From: Patescibacteria group bacterium
GTDB taxonomy: Bacteria; Patescibacteriota; Patescibacteriia; SG8-24
Assembly (NCBI GenBank): GCA_018813785.1
Contig: JAHJAU010000081.1
Location: 1-59,687 of the forward strand
DNA length: 59,687 nt
Direction of reading: 5' to 3'
Shown here in pieces: positions 8,634 through 20,300 of the stretch; within the stretch, counting starts at the first letter, position 1, and every line of letters starts with the position of its first letter. The notes below the pieces were generated by a model, which saw only the letters and a list, made by a program, of their open reading frames with translations, ran no database searches and was not told the DNA's origin. Both the position numbers and the translations under genes were made by a program.

Positions 8634-9927
8634 CTGCTGCGCCTTCAGTCGACGAACCTTCTTCGATTTGATTAAAAGACGGAGAAGACGGCAGGACAGA
8701 TGTTGCCCCTTCAGCATCGCTCGGTTCGATTATCTTGGCTTCTCCAATAAATTCCAAACTATTGGCCATCATGGATAATGTAACGCGATAACGAATCTTT
8801 AATTCACTGGCCAAATCGTAAGTTAAACCGACCACCATTCCGTCGTTAGAGACAAAAACTGTTCGTCGATCTGGTGTAATAATTTGTTCGTAGCCCTTAC
8901 GATTAATCAAATTCTCAAAACGATCAACTTTGACCAAACCTTCTATCGGAGCTTTAGCAAACCAATCGGCTAATGATTCTTGTGGTGATTTTCGATAAAG
9001 CGTAACTTTAATATTCTCGCTGGTGGCTGAAGTAAATTGAACTGTTTGTTCAGCTGGAATATCTCGAACATTCCAGGACTTAGGTCGATACATCTGGATG
9101 CCATAATCCTCATTGCGATAAACAGTAATCCCTGGATTATCAATCAAGCGAGCGGGATCACGCTTAGCCGGATCAAACAAATTCAAAACTTCATTCAGGT
9201 CAACATAACTGTCGCCATCACTATTGGCGCTATTCGGGTCACTGCCAAAAATCTCATTCTCTTCAACATCAGTTAAACCATCGCTATCGGTATCGAGAGC
9301 TTGTTCCGGCGGTGGTGGTTCGCAATCCTGCGGACAGTTAGCAAACGTCTCGCCTCGATTTTCCTCACACTTATCATCACCACAAACTGGCGGTGGTGGT
9401 TCGCAATCTTTAGGACAAGACTCGAAAGTCTCGCCGGCCTCGCAAGAACGGTCGCCACAAACTGGCGGTGGTGGTTCGCAATCATCAGGACAAGAAAAAT
9501 GATTCTCTGATTTTTCACACTTATCATCACCACAAACTGGCGGTGGTGGTTCGCAATCTTTGGGACAAGACTCAAAAGTCTCTGGCATGCTACACGTGCC
9601 ATCACCACAAACCGCTTTTTGTTTAGAAAAAAACAGAACATAGGCAGCCGTGCCGCCAGCTAAAAGCAAAATAATTATCGCCAATAATACGATTAATACG
9701 CCTAATTTACCCTTCTTGCCCTCGGCTGTAATGTTCGGTTCGGACGATCGTCCTTCGGTGTTCGGCTGACCGGCCGACGACTCCGTTCTTCTGGTCGGTT
9801 TAAGTTTTGCTGGCGCACCATAAAACGCATCGGGGATAACATGGATCTCCGTGTCTTCCTTGCTTGGACCTGATACACCCGAAGGTTTATCCAGCCCTAA
9901 CCCTGATGGTTTTAGTTCATCAACCAT
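8623..9927 (-). CDS. Type II membrane protein with four tandem CGDxxC..CPxDCEPPPPV modules, TSP3-like Asp repeats and a C-terminal globular domain
   Basis: 434 aa. It has a disordered N-terminus and one TM helix (LGVLIVLLAIIILLLAGGTAAYVLFF). Four Cys modules of 25-27 aa follow, then DTDSDGLTDVEE / NSDGDSYVD calcium-binding-type repeats. Confidence 0.8.
   Translation of the reverse strand: MVDELKPSGLGLDKPSGVSGPSKEDTEIHVIPDAFYGAPAKLKPTRRTESSAGQPNTEGRSSEPNITAEGKKGKLGVLIVLLAIIILLLAGGTAAYVLFFSKQKAVCGDGTCSMPETFESCPKDCEPPPPVCGDDKCEKSENHFSCPDDCEPPPPVCGDRSCEAGETFESCPKDCEPPPPVCGDDKCEENRGETFANCPQDCEPPPPEQALDTDSDGLTDVEENEIFGSDPNSANSDGDSYVDLNEVLNLFDPAKRDPARLIDNPGITVYRNEDYGIQMYRPKSWNVRDIPAEQTVQFTSATSENIKVTLYRKSPQESLADWFAKAPIEGLVKVDRFENLINRKGYEQIITPDRRTVFVSNDGMVVGLTYDLASELKIRYRVTLSMMANSLEFIGEAKIIEPSDAEGATSVLPSSPSFNQIEEGSSTEGAADEG
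9290..9612 (-). repeat. In-frame tandem DNA repeat (4 units of 75-81 bp) inside CDS 8623-9927
   Basis: The 20-mer GGCGGTGGTGGTTCGCAATC occurs at 9308, 9389, 9464 and 9539 (plus-strand coordinates). It encodes the CEPPPP ends of the Cys modules. Confidence 0.9.
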
Positions 9928-9942
9928 AAATTCCAGCCAAGA

Positions 9943-10695
9943 TTATTGGGGTAGATTGAGCAACTTACCCTCGCCATTCGGATTATATCCGGCCTTAACT
10001 TCTTCGCCATCGATATAACCATCGTCATCCGTGTCAGGTTTAGTCGGATCGGTATTGTATAAAAACACCTCTTCCCGATCAGATAAACCATCGGAATCGG
10101 TGTCAGCACTCTGCGGATTAGTACCGCGTTGCCGCTCTTCCTCATCACTTAAACCATCATTGTCGGAATCAAGCGGTTGATTAGCTGGTTCCGGTTCAAT
10201 AACCGGCTCGGTTGGTGTAGGCGGACAATCCGCTGGACAATCAATAGTTGTTTCTGAATTGTCGCAAACACCATTGCCACACAAAACACTCGCCGCCAAC
10301 TGACAATCACTCGGACAAATTATTTCCTCTCCTGGTTCGCAAATGGTATTACCACAAATTGAATCGACTGGTGGTTCCGGTTCAGGTGGTGTTCCCTCGA
10401 CTGGAACAGTGACCTGATTATTGGTCGGAGCTTCATTGGTCAAATTCAATAACTCCGAATCAGCGCTTGTATCACGCAAATAAAAATACCAAACTCCACC
10501 CCCGATCAAAGCCACAACGACAAGAGCGATCGCGATGAACAACAATTTAGATGGACCACGCGAGGCGACTGAATTCGAGGATGATTGCTGATCGGTAGGA
10601 GCGGACACTCTGGTCGCCGAAGACGAACCGGCTGAATCCTTAGCTGGGTCAATTTCGGCAAAAATATCTTCTGGCTGATTTTGTTCGTCGAACAT
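9943..10695 (-). CDS. Type II membrane protein with Cys modules and thrombospondin type-3-like calcium-binding repeats
   Basis: 250 aa. It has a disordered N-terminus and a TM helix (LLFIAIALVVVALIGGGVWYF). CGNTICEPGEEIICPSDC and CGNGVCDNSETTIDCPADC modules follow, then DSDNDGLSDEEE, DTDSDGLSDREE and DTDDDGYIDGEE. Confidence 0.8.
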   Translation of the reverse strand: MFDEQNQPEDIFAEIDPAKDSAGSSSATRVSAPTDQQSSSNSVASRGPSKLLFIAIALVVVALIGGGVWYFYLRDTSADSELLNLTNEAPTNNQVTVPVEGTPPEPEPPVDSICGNTICEPGEEIICPSDCQLAASVLCGNGVCDNSETTIDCPADCPPTPTEPVIEPEPANQPLDSDNDGLSDEEERQRGTNPQSADTDSDGLSDREEVFLYNTDPTKPDTDDDGYIDGEEVKAGYNPNGEGKLLNLPQ

Positions 10696-10719
10696 ACAAC
10701 TTAAAAAAATAATATTATT

Positions 10720-11277
10720 TTATTCTCCTTCTGACTCTGGCGCTGATAAATAATGGCCAATAAACTCATGCTCCGAACCACTTTCTTCGCGTCCGCGAAA
10801 ACGTAAAAAAATAATTTTATCTTCTGGAACATCCAGAATCTCAATCTCGTGCGTAGTTGTCATTTCATCTTTTTTGATACTCCCGAGTTCATAATCAAGC
10901 GTTCGGCCATAATCAACGATCGAAGTCATGGGAATGGTTGTTGTCCAAGACAGAACAAATTTTCCTGCTCCACTTTCAACAAACTTAAACTCAGAAAATA
11001 TGTCGTAACTGACGCAATCAGAAAAACAAATTTTAACGCTTTCGTCTGGCGAACAGATCCCGTCTCCACATACACCCCTTTTCACCTGGATACCTTCATC
11101 TTTAACCCCTGAATTTAGACCTGAGTCTCTTTCAGTGGCACCAGTCGGACTTTTGGTTTGAGATATTGTTTTGTCCGAAAATAAATCACTTCTTCTTAAA
11201 ACAACAATAGCACTAATAACAACCAATAGAGCTGCAGCCAGTACTACTACAATAATGATTAAATTTTTATTGCTCAT
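10720..11277 (-). CDS. Type II membrane protein with one Cys module and an Fn3-like beta domain
   Basis: 185 aa. It has an N-terminal TM helix (LIIIVVVLAAALLVVISAIVVL), a CGDGICSPDESVKICFSDC module, then FVLSWTTTIPMTSIVDYG... typical of Fn3/PAP-N-like sandwiches. Confidence 0.75.
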   Translation of the reverse strand: MSNKNLIIIVVVLAAALLVVISAIVVLRRSDLFSDKTISQTKSPTGATERDSGLNSGVKDEGIQVKRGVCGDGICSPDESVKICFSDCVSYDIFSEFKFVESGAGKFVLSWTTTIPMTSIVDYGRTLDYELGSIKKDEMTTTHEIEILDVPEDKIIFLRFRGREESGSEHEFIGHYLSAPESEGE

Positions 11278-11310
11278 AAATAAACGTGATCGAATACGTT
11301 GACAACGATA

Positions 11311-14300
11311 CTACTCTTCACCACACACTTTTTGGAAAATTGTACGCGCCAAAGTGTCGGCATTAATCGAACGACAAATATCAACAAATCTAGCAGATCT
11401 AGGCGTATCAAATTCATTTATCGGTTCGGGTAGGGCTGATTCCCACAAAGGTCTATGATTTGAGCATCCCCTATTACCACCCCTTGAAAGCACGAATAAC
11501 TCGACGTAGTCTTCGGCTGTATCACAACCGGGTAACGTGCAGTTCCTGGCCGCTTCAGCCACTATTTCAAGATTGACACTCGCTAAAGCGCTTTCTGGTA
11601 CAGGTACTAAACCATTACCAGCCGGAGGTGGTTCATCAGTCACTACCACAACATAAGGATGGGCGTTACGCCGCCAGGAAATACCATAGTCCCAGCCGTA
11701 ATCATTGTCTGGCCTCATCAAGGCATAGGCAGCGGCATAACTTGCCTCAACCCCCATATCATCTCTCCCGGGATCAAACTTACTTAATCTTGGACGGTCA
11801 CGATTCCAATCAATAAAAGTTTGTGGATCCTTATCACAAACCGGTCTGACTACATCATCATCCCACGCCCGCCAACAAAAAGAGTACATATTTCTTAGGG
11901 CAGTCTCAAACTCTGCAAAACTAACTAAATCCTGAAACGAGTGAGGTAGATATCGAGGACCTTGCCGAATATTCAATGTATTTAACTCCTTTTGTGAAAT
12001 AGTAACGAAACCGAATCTATGGTCACCTGTGCCAGCCGCGTTAACTTGTCGGGCTAAATCGCTCAAAGCATTTATAACGGAATCTATAACGTTATTCATT
12101 GTTCCAGTTACATCTATTACGAAAACCATGTCTACGCGATTGCGCAAATGTAGAGCGTCATCAGCTCTAGCATTACAATCATTATCAATGCCGTCGCAGC
12201 TGGTTTCCAAACCAGCTGGCACTACAATACCGGTATCAGGGATTAAATAGCGTGGATGAGCAGTGGCGTTATCCTTTACACAATCAAAATCATCTGGCAC
12301 ACCATCGTTGTCATCATCTGGATCGCATGAATCAGGCAGACGAGTTTCTTGAGTCTCATCAACAAGCCAGTGTTGCCGTTCTACACAAAATTCTCGCAAT
12401 TGAGGATCAAAAACCGTATCACATCTTTCTAGTGGTGCAGGGCCACTCCCAATAACGTAGGCTCTACAGGCAGGGCAATCGAGATTGTCCGAGCCGCCAA
12501 TTACAGCCAGCCCTGATTCTATTTCACATATCTCTGATTCTCTATCTGCACAATCTAAGACACAAGACGCATCAGAACAAATAGCGTAGCCAGTTTGTGC
12601 ACCAAAACTTTGGTCTTGTAGCCGAGTACTTACACACAGACGACTTGAATTGGGAGTATATAAAACCGGCTCGCATATTTCTGGTCCGGCTGGAATAGAT
12701 GCAGGTCCTTGGATATCACCATCACCGCAATATGGACCGGAGACCGTGCCAATTCGGCAGGCCGGGGTGCAATAAGTACACAGTCGACCATAGGTCGGCG
12801 TACAACGCGTGCCGTTACGCGCTCCGTCGTCACACAACTCACCACCCGCCCAATTAACAAAACCGTCACCACAAACATTGTTGCGACAGGTGTTGGTGCA
12901 AGTGTCGTTATTTTCGATGTTACCGTCATCGCACTCCTCGCCGGTTTCTCGCATACCATTGCCACAGCGCCCCGGCGCAGTACAAGCCCAAGCACTCCAC
13001 TGACAGGCAGTGGGGTCATCACGATCAGAGGCCGGATTATTCGCTCCACAAGATCGAGTAAACCGCTGATCGACCGTCGGGCAAAAGACACACAAACCAC
13101 CATCTTCGGCACAATCAGCATTAGTGGCACAAGCACGACCATTGGGTCGTCGAACGTCACCACTGGTACCGATGCAAGCACCGCGACTGGTTTGAATACC
13201 ACCGTCGCATTGTTCAGTTCCGTTTATAATACCGTCTCCACAACGCGGTGCCGGACCACGACAATCCCAGGAACAGCTATCAACGTTGACTCCTCTGACA
13301 GCTCCCCCGGCACACGCAACTCCAGAACCAGCCAAAATACCATTCAAATAATAACGACCATTGCTCGCTCCACAATCACAAACTTCACTTGGGTGTGGTA
13401 AACCATCCCCGCAACGGAAACCAAGAGTCTTACAATTGGTACTGCAATAGCCGTATCTTCCATTCAACGCACCATCATCGCACCTTTCCTCCCGACTACC
13501 CTGAATAACACCATCACCACAATAACCCACCTCACAAGTCGCGGGATCGGGATTAACCGGAATAAATTCACGACAGGCGCGCGGCCCTTCGGTCTGACAA
13601 ATTTCCTCGCGAGTTCCCTCAACATCTCGCAACACGCCTTCAATTTCGGCCGAAACGTTACAAGCACCAACTCGTCGCTGACCAACTTCACAAATTTCGG
13701 GATCAACATCTGACTCATTGAGTATGCCATTACCACACTCGGCTCCTTCACCAAGCGGCACACCAGTACACGAATCGATCCCCCGATAACCACTCAACCA
13801 AATCTTCGTATCGGCATAGTTGCAGGCACCACCACTCCACTTACAACCCCTGGCCAGACAACTCTCCGAGTCAACCGGATCCAAACAAGTTTCACCCCCG
13901 AACTGCCAACTGGCGGCCCGACCGGCATCATTTAAATATTCCAAATCAGCATTAAGCTGTACCCCGCCACTCAACATGGAATATTTATAGATATGAGAAT
14001 GATCGCCGCAACGGAATTCACGCTCAGTTGAATTCCAGCAGGTATCGGCCTCAAAACCGGCTTCAACCGGACAAGCGGCAATATTATTTAAAGGATCTTT
14101 AGGTAAATTAACCCTAAGCCCTGACCCAAGAACCGCATCCCAAGATGGCCAAATACTATAAGTTCGCGACCGCAAAAATGTCCCCTCGCGCAAGGCTGGC
14201 GGCGAAGCAACCTGATTAATCGTCCGCCTCATATTTTGCAAATCCGCCCAACGTCGAACATCATGTTTAAATTTCGACTCCGGCACATCACAGGTGCCTA

Positions 14301-17300
14301 AGGGGCAATCAGCATCAATCTTACAGATAATATTATCTTCGCTGTCTTCGAGATGTGCGGCTGAGCCATCGTTGAGGCGACAAATATAAGTGTCGGCTAG
14401 ATTAGCATTAAAATCTAAACGACTGAGAATTTGATTAAAGACTGAGACGGTCTCGGCAGACGCACCATCGCTATAAGACATGACATAAACATTGGTGAAT
14501 AGGTTTATGCCACTCTGAGCACCAGCGTTCACGTACACCGTCCGTCCATCACGTAAACCGTCGTAACCGGCGACCGATAAAGATGAAGGCGAACCACGGA
14601 AGCCACGATCAACATACCAGTCAGCAATACCGCTATGTGTTCGATTGGCAGCGATTCTTAGACCAAAAGCATCATCACGCCAGACACCGTCCCTGCTCCT
14701 GACTGGATCGAAAGTAAAAAGATACTCTCGCATGATTCCTGGTGCCGGATCAGTCAAGCGAACAATTGATCGACCGCTGTCAGCCGGAGCCGTACCAACG
14801 GGATCTTCAATATTAAGATATGGTAATAGTCCACCAGCATCACCGGCACGCACCCCATCACGACAGTAATAGAACTCGACATTAGTCCAACGATCCAAGA
14901 ACGGGTACCAGACCCGAGAGTTCGGCGCACAATGATGAATTGGTGCTGGACCCAAGCCACCACCGTCATTTTGTTCCCAAGGCAATGAAACTTCACCAGT
15001 TGCAGAACAAGCCCGCCACTCCGGCCAAGGGTTGTTACACAACATCACCACTACATTACTACGACCGGCATATCTGGCATCTAGATCACCTAGGGTGGAT
15101 TCGGTAATAGTAATAGCTGCCTCCACCACTGCCTTCCCATCCTGAGCAATATAATCTTCTGGCCTGTCTCCCCGACGGCTACCCCTGACCCTGACCCGAG
15201 CTTGATTTGGTGTCAAAGGAAAAATTTCTTCAGCTGGAATTTCATCTTCCACTACTATCGGAGAAACTGGACCATCCTCAAGATCCCCACCATCCGGCTG
15301 TTCAGTCCAAGACAAATTCCAGGCATAAATTCCAGGCATGCTAACGATAGGCATGTCACCATCACTATGTACCTCAGCGGTAAACGCGTGTTCATCTTCA
15401 ATAGAAGAAAACAAATCTGATTCCGGATCAACACTAACCCGACGCACGCGACAAATCTCATCTCTGGTACCAAAATGAGCGATATTCGACTGAATCGTTA
15501 CTCCATGAGTAGACTTGGCGCCTGGTAAAACACGAACACGAAGCCAGGCATCAGCCGGATAAGGCTCACTCGGCCAAAATTCGGCCTCAGTGGCGCTAGG
15601 TGTCACCACCTGACCATTAACTAAGCAAAAATCAGCTACTGCTGGCAATGGAATGGCCGGTGCACCAAAAACTGGGCTGATAATACGCTGAACAAAACCA
15701 ACGACGTGCTGCCAAAGCCTGGCTAGTAGTCCGCGCGGTTGACCGCCCACCTCGGCTATGGCTATCGGCCGGACAACTTCTACGCCTTCACCACAACCGT
15801 CAGCATTATAGTAACCAACCTTTAGGTTCTGTTTAACGGACACTGAATCCATTGGTTGATCGAAAAAGACGCTAATAATTCCATTACGGCAAATATCGTC
15901 CCGACCAGCGACTGGGTCATAGGACAAAACTCTAGGCTTGGCCACGCAACAACCAGATACAGCACAACCCAACGGTTCATCTGGCAGGGGACCAGGAAGT
16001 TCACCTAGCCGGATCGCATCAACGATAGCTGCGCAATGCGCGTCACCATCAACTGCCACTCCACAGGTACAAGCGAGCGTTACTCGTGAATTACCCTCTT
16101 GTCCGGCTGGCACTTCAGGATGATCAGCGGTTACTGTACTAGTAGCCAAGGCGGGATCGTCAGTATCGTTATCACGTGACATAACCACCTGATAAGTATC
16201 GGTAAATCCGTCAGGCCCCAACATTCGACCATCACAACGCGGATGCTCGGCTGGCGCATTCAGGACACCATCACCACAAAATGAAGGTGTGTCATGAAAA
16301 GCAGATGAACCTTCGCGCAGACAACGATCACTGCAACCGTCATTATTACTGGCATTGCCATCATCACAGGCTTCACCAAAGCCTGCCTCCACAACACCAT
16401 TACCACAACAATTCATTGGTGGTGGATCACCAGGAACTGGAGGAGGACAAGCACCAACCAAAGCACCTTCATACAAGCAGTTGGCACTACAACCATCTCC
16501 GCGATTAGTATTGCCATCATCACATTCTTCGCCTGGTTCTGTTAAACCATTACCACAAGAACTAACGCAAAGCTCACCGGCTGGTGTGGCTATTGTACAA
16601 AGCTGAACAGTGCCTTCATTCAAACAGTCTCGACTACAGCCATCACCATCGCGAGTATTGCCATCGTCACAGGCTTCGCCATCAGCCCGAATTCTATCAC
16701 CACAAGTCGAACGACCGGCGGTTGATCCGAGCAAGATACAGCCCCAGCCTTCGGGTCGACCGTCGCCATTATAATCCTGCCTAGGATCCATACAGCCACG
16801 TGGGAAGACCAAAGCCCCGCCAGCTAATGGATCGGGAAGTGCATCACAGTTTTCTCCGACATTTATAGCTCCGTTACCACAAGCAGGCGGCTCGGTTCCG
16901 CTGACTAAACAATTACTGCTGCAACCATCACCATCCAATACGTTGCCATCGTCACAATCTTCACCGCGCTCTGCTGGCAGACCATTACCACAGGCCGGTA
17001 CATTGGGTAATGATCCGGTCATTAGACAACGATCGGTACATCCGCGAGGCAAGGTCGAGTCAGTATCCACCGTGGTCGTATCATCAACACGTAACGGCCA
17101 ACCTGCGGCGCTGACAAAACCACGCAAAACTGGATTGGGATTAATACCCCACTCCCAATCATACTCATCGGCTACCAATTCCAAACCGTCCGGATCACAA
17201 GTATTCGGCCGACTACGAGCGGTTAAATTCAAACCCAACCGCTGACCAACATAGTAAAGTGTGGCGTAATTTGGTCGCAACTCAACCCGACCAATAGCAC

Positions 17301-20300
17301 AACCTTCCGCGTCTTCCACCGTTCGGAATGACCACTGATACCAACCAGCGGTATTAAGACCGGTTAAAGGCACTAAACTAATCGAGGTAATTCCAGTTTC
17401 ATCTCCGCCTTTCAAACGAACAACGTAATGCGTTAATGGTCGCAAACGACCGCGTGGAACAATCGTCACTCGCATCATGCCCCGAGCCGGGTCGGCTGGA
17501 ACAGCCGGAGCGTCGGCCACCACAGCAAATGGAATGAGGTTAAAAGGCGGATTGCAAGAAGGATTTCGACATTCAAAAAGCTGGACATTGCCCGGAGCGG
17601 TCAAAGATCCTTCGTTCATTGGAACATTAAATTGTGCGTAAATCAGGGCGTTCGTGCAGGCTTCTTCGCAACCATCAGCCGGAGAAACCTTGGTCACTGT
17701 CGGATCAGCAAAAGCCACTCTAACTAGTGATACACCGCGTAGTGGCAGCTCACCATCATCCGGTGTCAAAGCACAAAACAGTCGATCTGATTCACCTTCT
17801 GGGGTTTCACGCTCGCCACTGGCATAGTACACGCAGTGAGCCCGAGGATGAGCAGGTGGTCTTGGCGCTGGGCTGATATGACCACCATCAATTGACCAAT
17901 CAATTCGATAGCCACCACCAGCAACACACTCCAACTCCACACATCTACCGTCTGTTGGAACGGCTTCAAACACGGTGTTTGGTACTCCTTGATGCTCGAT
18001 CGTGGCTCGTCCAGGATTCACAAAAACACCAGCAATCTCGCACGGCGTTCGATCCTGTTTAGCTCTAAAAAACCAACTGTAATCACCGCCCGGACGACGA
18101 TCAAAATTCCCATCCAAATAACGACCATCCATGTCTACGATACCAAAACCCTCGCCGGGGTTTGATCTTAAGGTAACTCGATACCAATAACCTGGACGGA
18201 GCTGTCTGTTCCCCGGTAAATCGTCGGGGTCAGCCGGATCATCCGGCGGGTAAGCACCGGCTTGTGGTCGAAAAGCAATTACGGTTCGTCGACCAGCTTC
18301 ATCCGCTTCAACAGCGATATTTATGGTTGCTCGATCAATTGGAACCAGCTCTCCCCCTGAACAGTCTAATGAATCACCGTTGCCACATTCCTCAAATAAA
18401 ATGCTGGCTGGATCTCTTAAAGATTCAGGCAACATTTCAGTCGTGAAAGCGACAGCGACCTGCGCATCCAAACAGACGTTGGTCAGTCGATCAGCCGGTG
18501 TGGGACTCTGACGAACTGGATGATCGACACCCAAAACGCAACTTCGCCGCAAAACCCGTGGGTAATTCGGTAAAACATTTGTACTAAAAAGCCAGCCAAA
18601 GGCACTATTTCGTTCATCCTGACAAGGATCGTCCGGCGTATGACAAGACCCGTCTCGACAACAAGTTGTACCCTCAGCACAAGTATTATCGACATTGCAA
18701 TTTTGAACATTAAACGGAATGGGGTTCCTGGCCCAAACGTTTTCAGCTACAACGTGAACCGGCCCGGAAACTGGCCAAGTTGCCGGGTTCCCCCGATCAC
18801 CAGGAACAACTGCTCGCAAACTGGTACCACCCCACGCCGGATACAGACCAGAGGCCATTGAAACATAGTCTGGTCTAGGCAAAAGATCCGACATGACTCC
18901 ACGCAAATAAAACCGCAATGAATTTTCTGGTCGGGCTGGGTTAAAAGCCCCACCCATAGCTGCCACATTGCCAGGGCCTGTACCAAACCCCTCACCTTGA
19001 ACTGTTATGACCGTGCCCGGCGGACCAGAAACAGGTGAAATCGAACACATTCCCGGCGGCACCGCAGCATCGGTCACTTCAAAACCAACTCGATTACTGG
19101 GCTGACCGGAGACACTCGTTATAACTTGAACTTGATAATCACCCTCTTCAACAAACAGTTCACCCTCGTTTTCTTCGATAATTTCCTGAGTTAGTCCAGG
19201 AGTACGCGGCACTTTAACCACAATATAATTGTCGTGCCAATTGTCTGCACAAATCGGCTCAAGACCCAGGGCAATATCATCACCAACTTCTGGCAGGAAA
19301 TAAACCTGACCACGCCGATTGCCAAACCCCGATCCTAAAATAGTTACATATGACCCAACCGGACCGGTAGCCGGACGAATTTCTTCTATTCTGGGACCAC
19401 CGGCTGAAGAGGATAAGCGTAAAGTAAAATTAGCTGGATTTGACGGCCTGACCCCACCCACAACAACCCGCACCGGATAGATGCCTTCACGAAGAACCGT
19501 TGGAACAATCGCTGTAATTAAATTAGCTGCCCAAGTCATGCCACCTCGTCCAATATCTACACCATCCATTCTGACCAAACTATCGCCTATCGCCGCTCCA
19601 AAACCACTACCATGAATATTGAAAGCACTACCAGAGGATCCAACTGACGGTTCCAGATAACAAATACCCGGCAACACATCAGCGGTAACAGTAAAATCAT
19701 GAACTGGATCACCAAATTCGTCGTCAGTTCTGTCAGCTGGTCCGGCGGCAGTAATTAACATCAATGGACCAGAAACTGCTGCCGCTGGCACAGCCACGAT
19801 AACTTCGTTGTGTTGCCAAGCAGCTGGATCGCAGGCTTCAACTGTAACATCATCAGCCTCACCTTCTGCACCCAAGAATACTATCCGACCGGGACGACTG
19901 CCAAAAAACCTACCACTAATAGTAATGAGACTACCTGGTCCGGCATCAAGGGGTGTTACGTCAGTAATAATCGGACGATCCTCGCATCGACCGGTATCTG
20001 GGTTGCAATAACCAGACGCGCAATCTTCGTGGGTCGTGCAGGCGCTACCTGGACAGCCTCGACACTCACCACCACAATCTTCTCCTTCTTCGCCCTGATC
20101 TGCGTCTATTACGCCATTGCAACAATGAGCCGGATTGATATAAAACTTGCGACCAGTCATAGCACCGGACTGCGGTACTCCATCAGCAGCCACTGCAGTC
20201 AAAGTATGTGGGACACCTGTTTCCAAACCTCGAGCGTCGATATAAATATCGTCTTGAATTTCAAAAACCTCAAAAGGATCTACAGGAGAACTATTGAAGA

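Noticed and set aside
9224-9641. Regularly spaced 20-nt repeats and three overlapping alternative-frame ORFs, considered as a CRISPR-like array or extra genes
   Set aside because: The repeats are in-frame coding repeats of the CEPPPP/CGDxxC module inside CDS 8623-9927. The spacers are themselves similar to each other, and no cas genes are present. The alternative ORFs are low-complexity repeat artefacts.
12630-13401. ORFs 12630-13202(-, off-frame) and 12709-13401(+), and similar ones such as 19810-20379(+), inside the giant gene
   Set aside because: They lie entirely within the 10-kb ORF and translate to Thr/Ser/Arg/Val low-complexity sequence without motifs. Long spurious frames are expected in a GC-enriched repetitive coding region.
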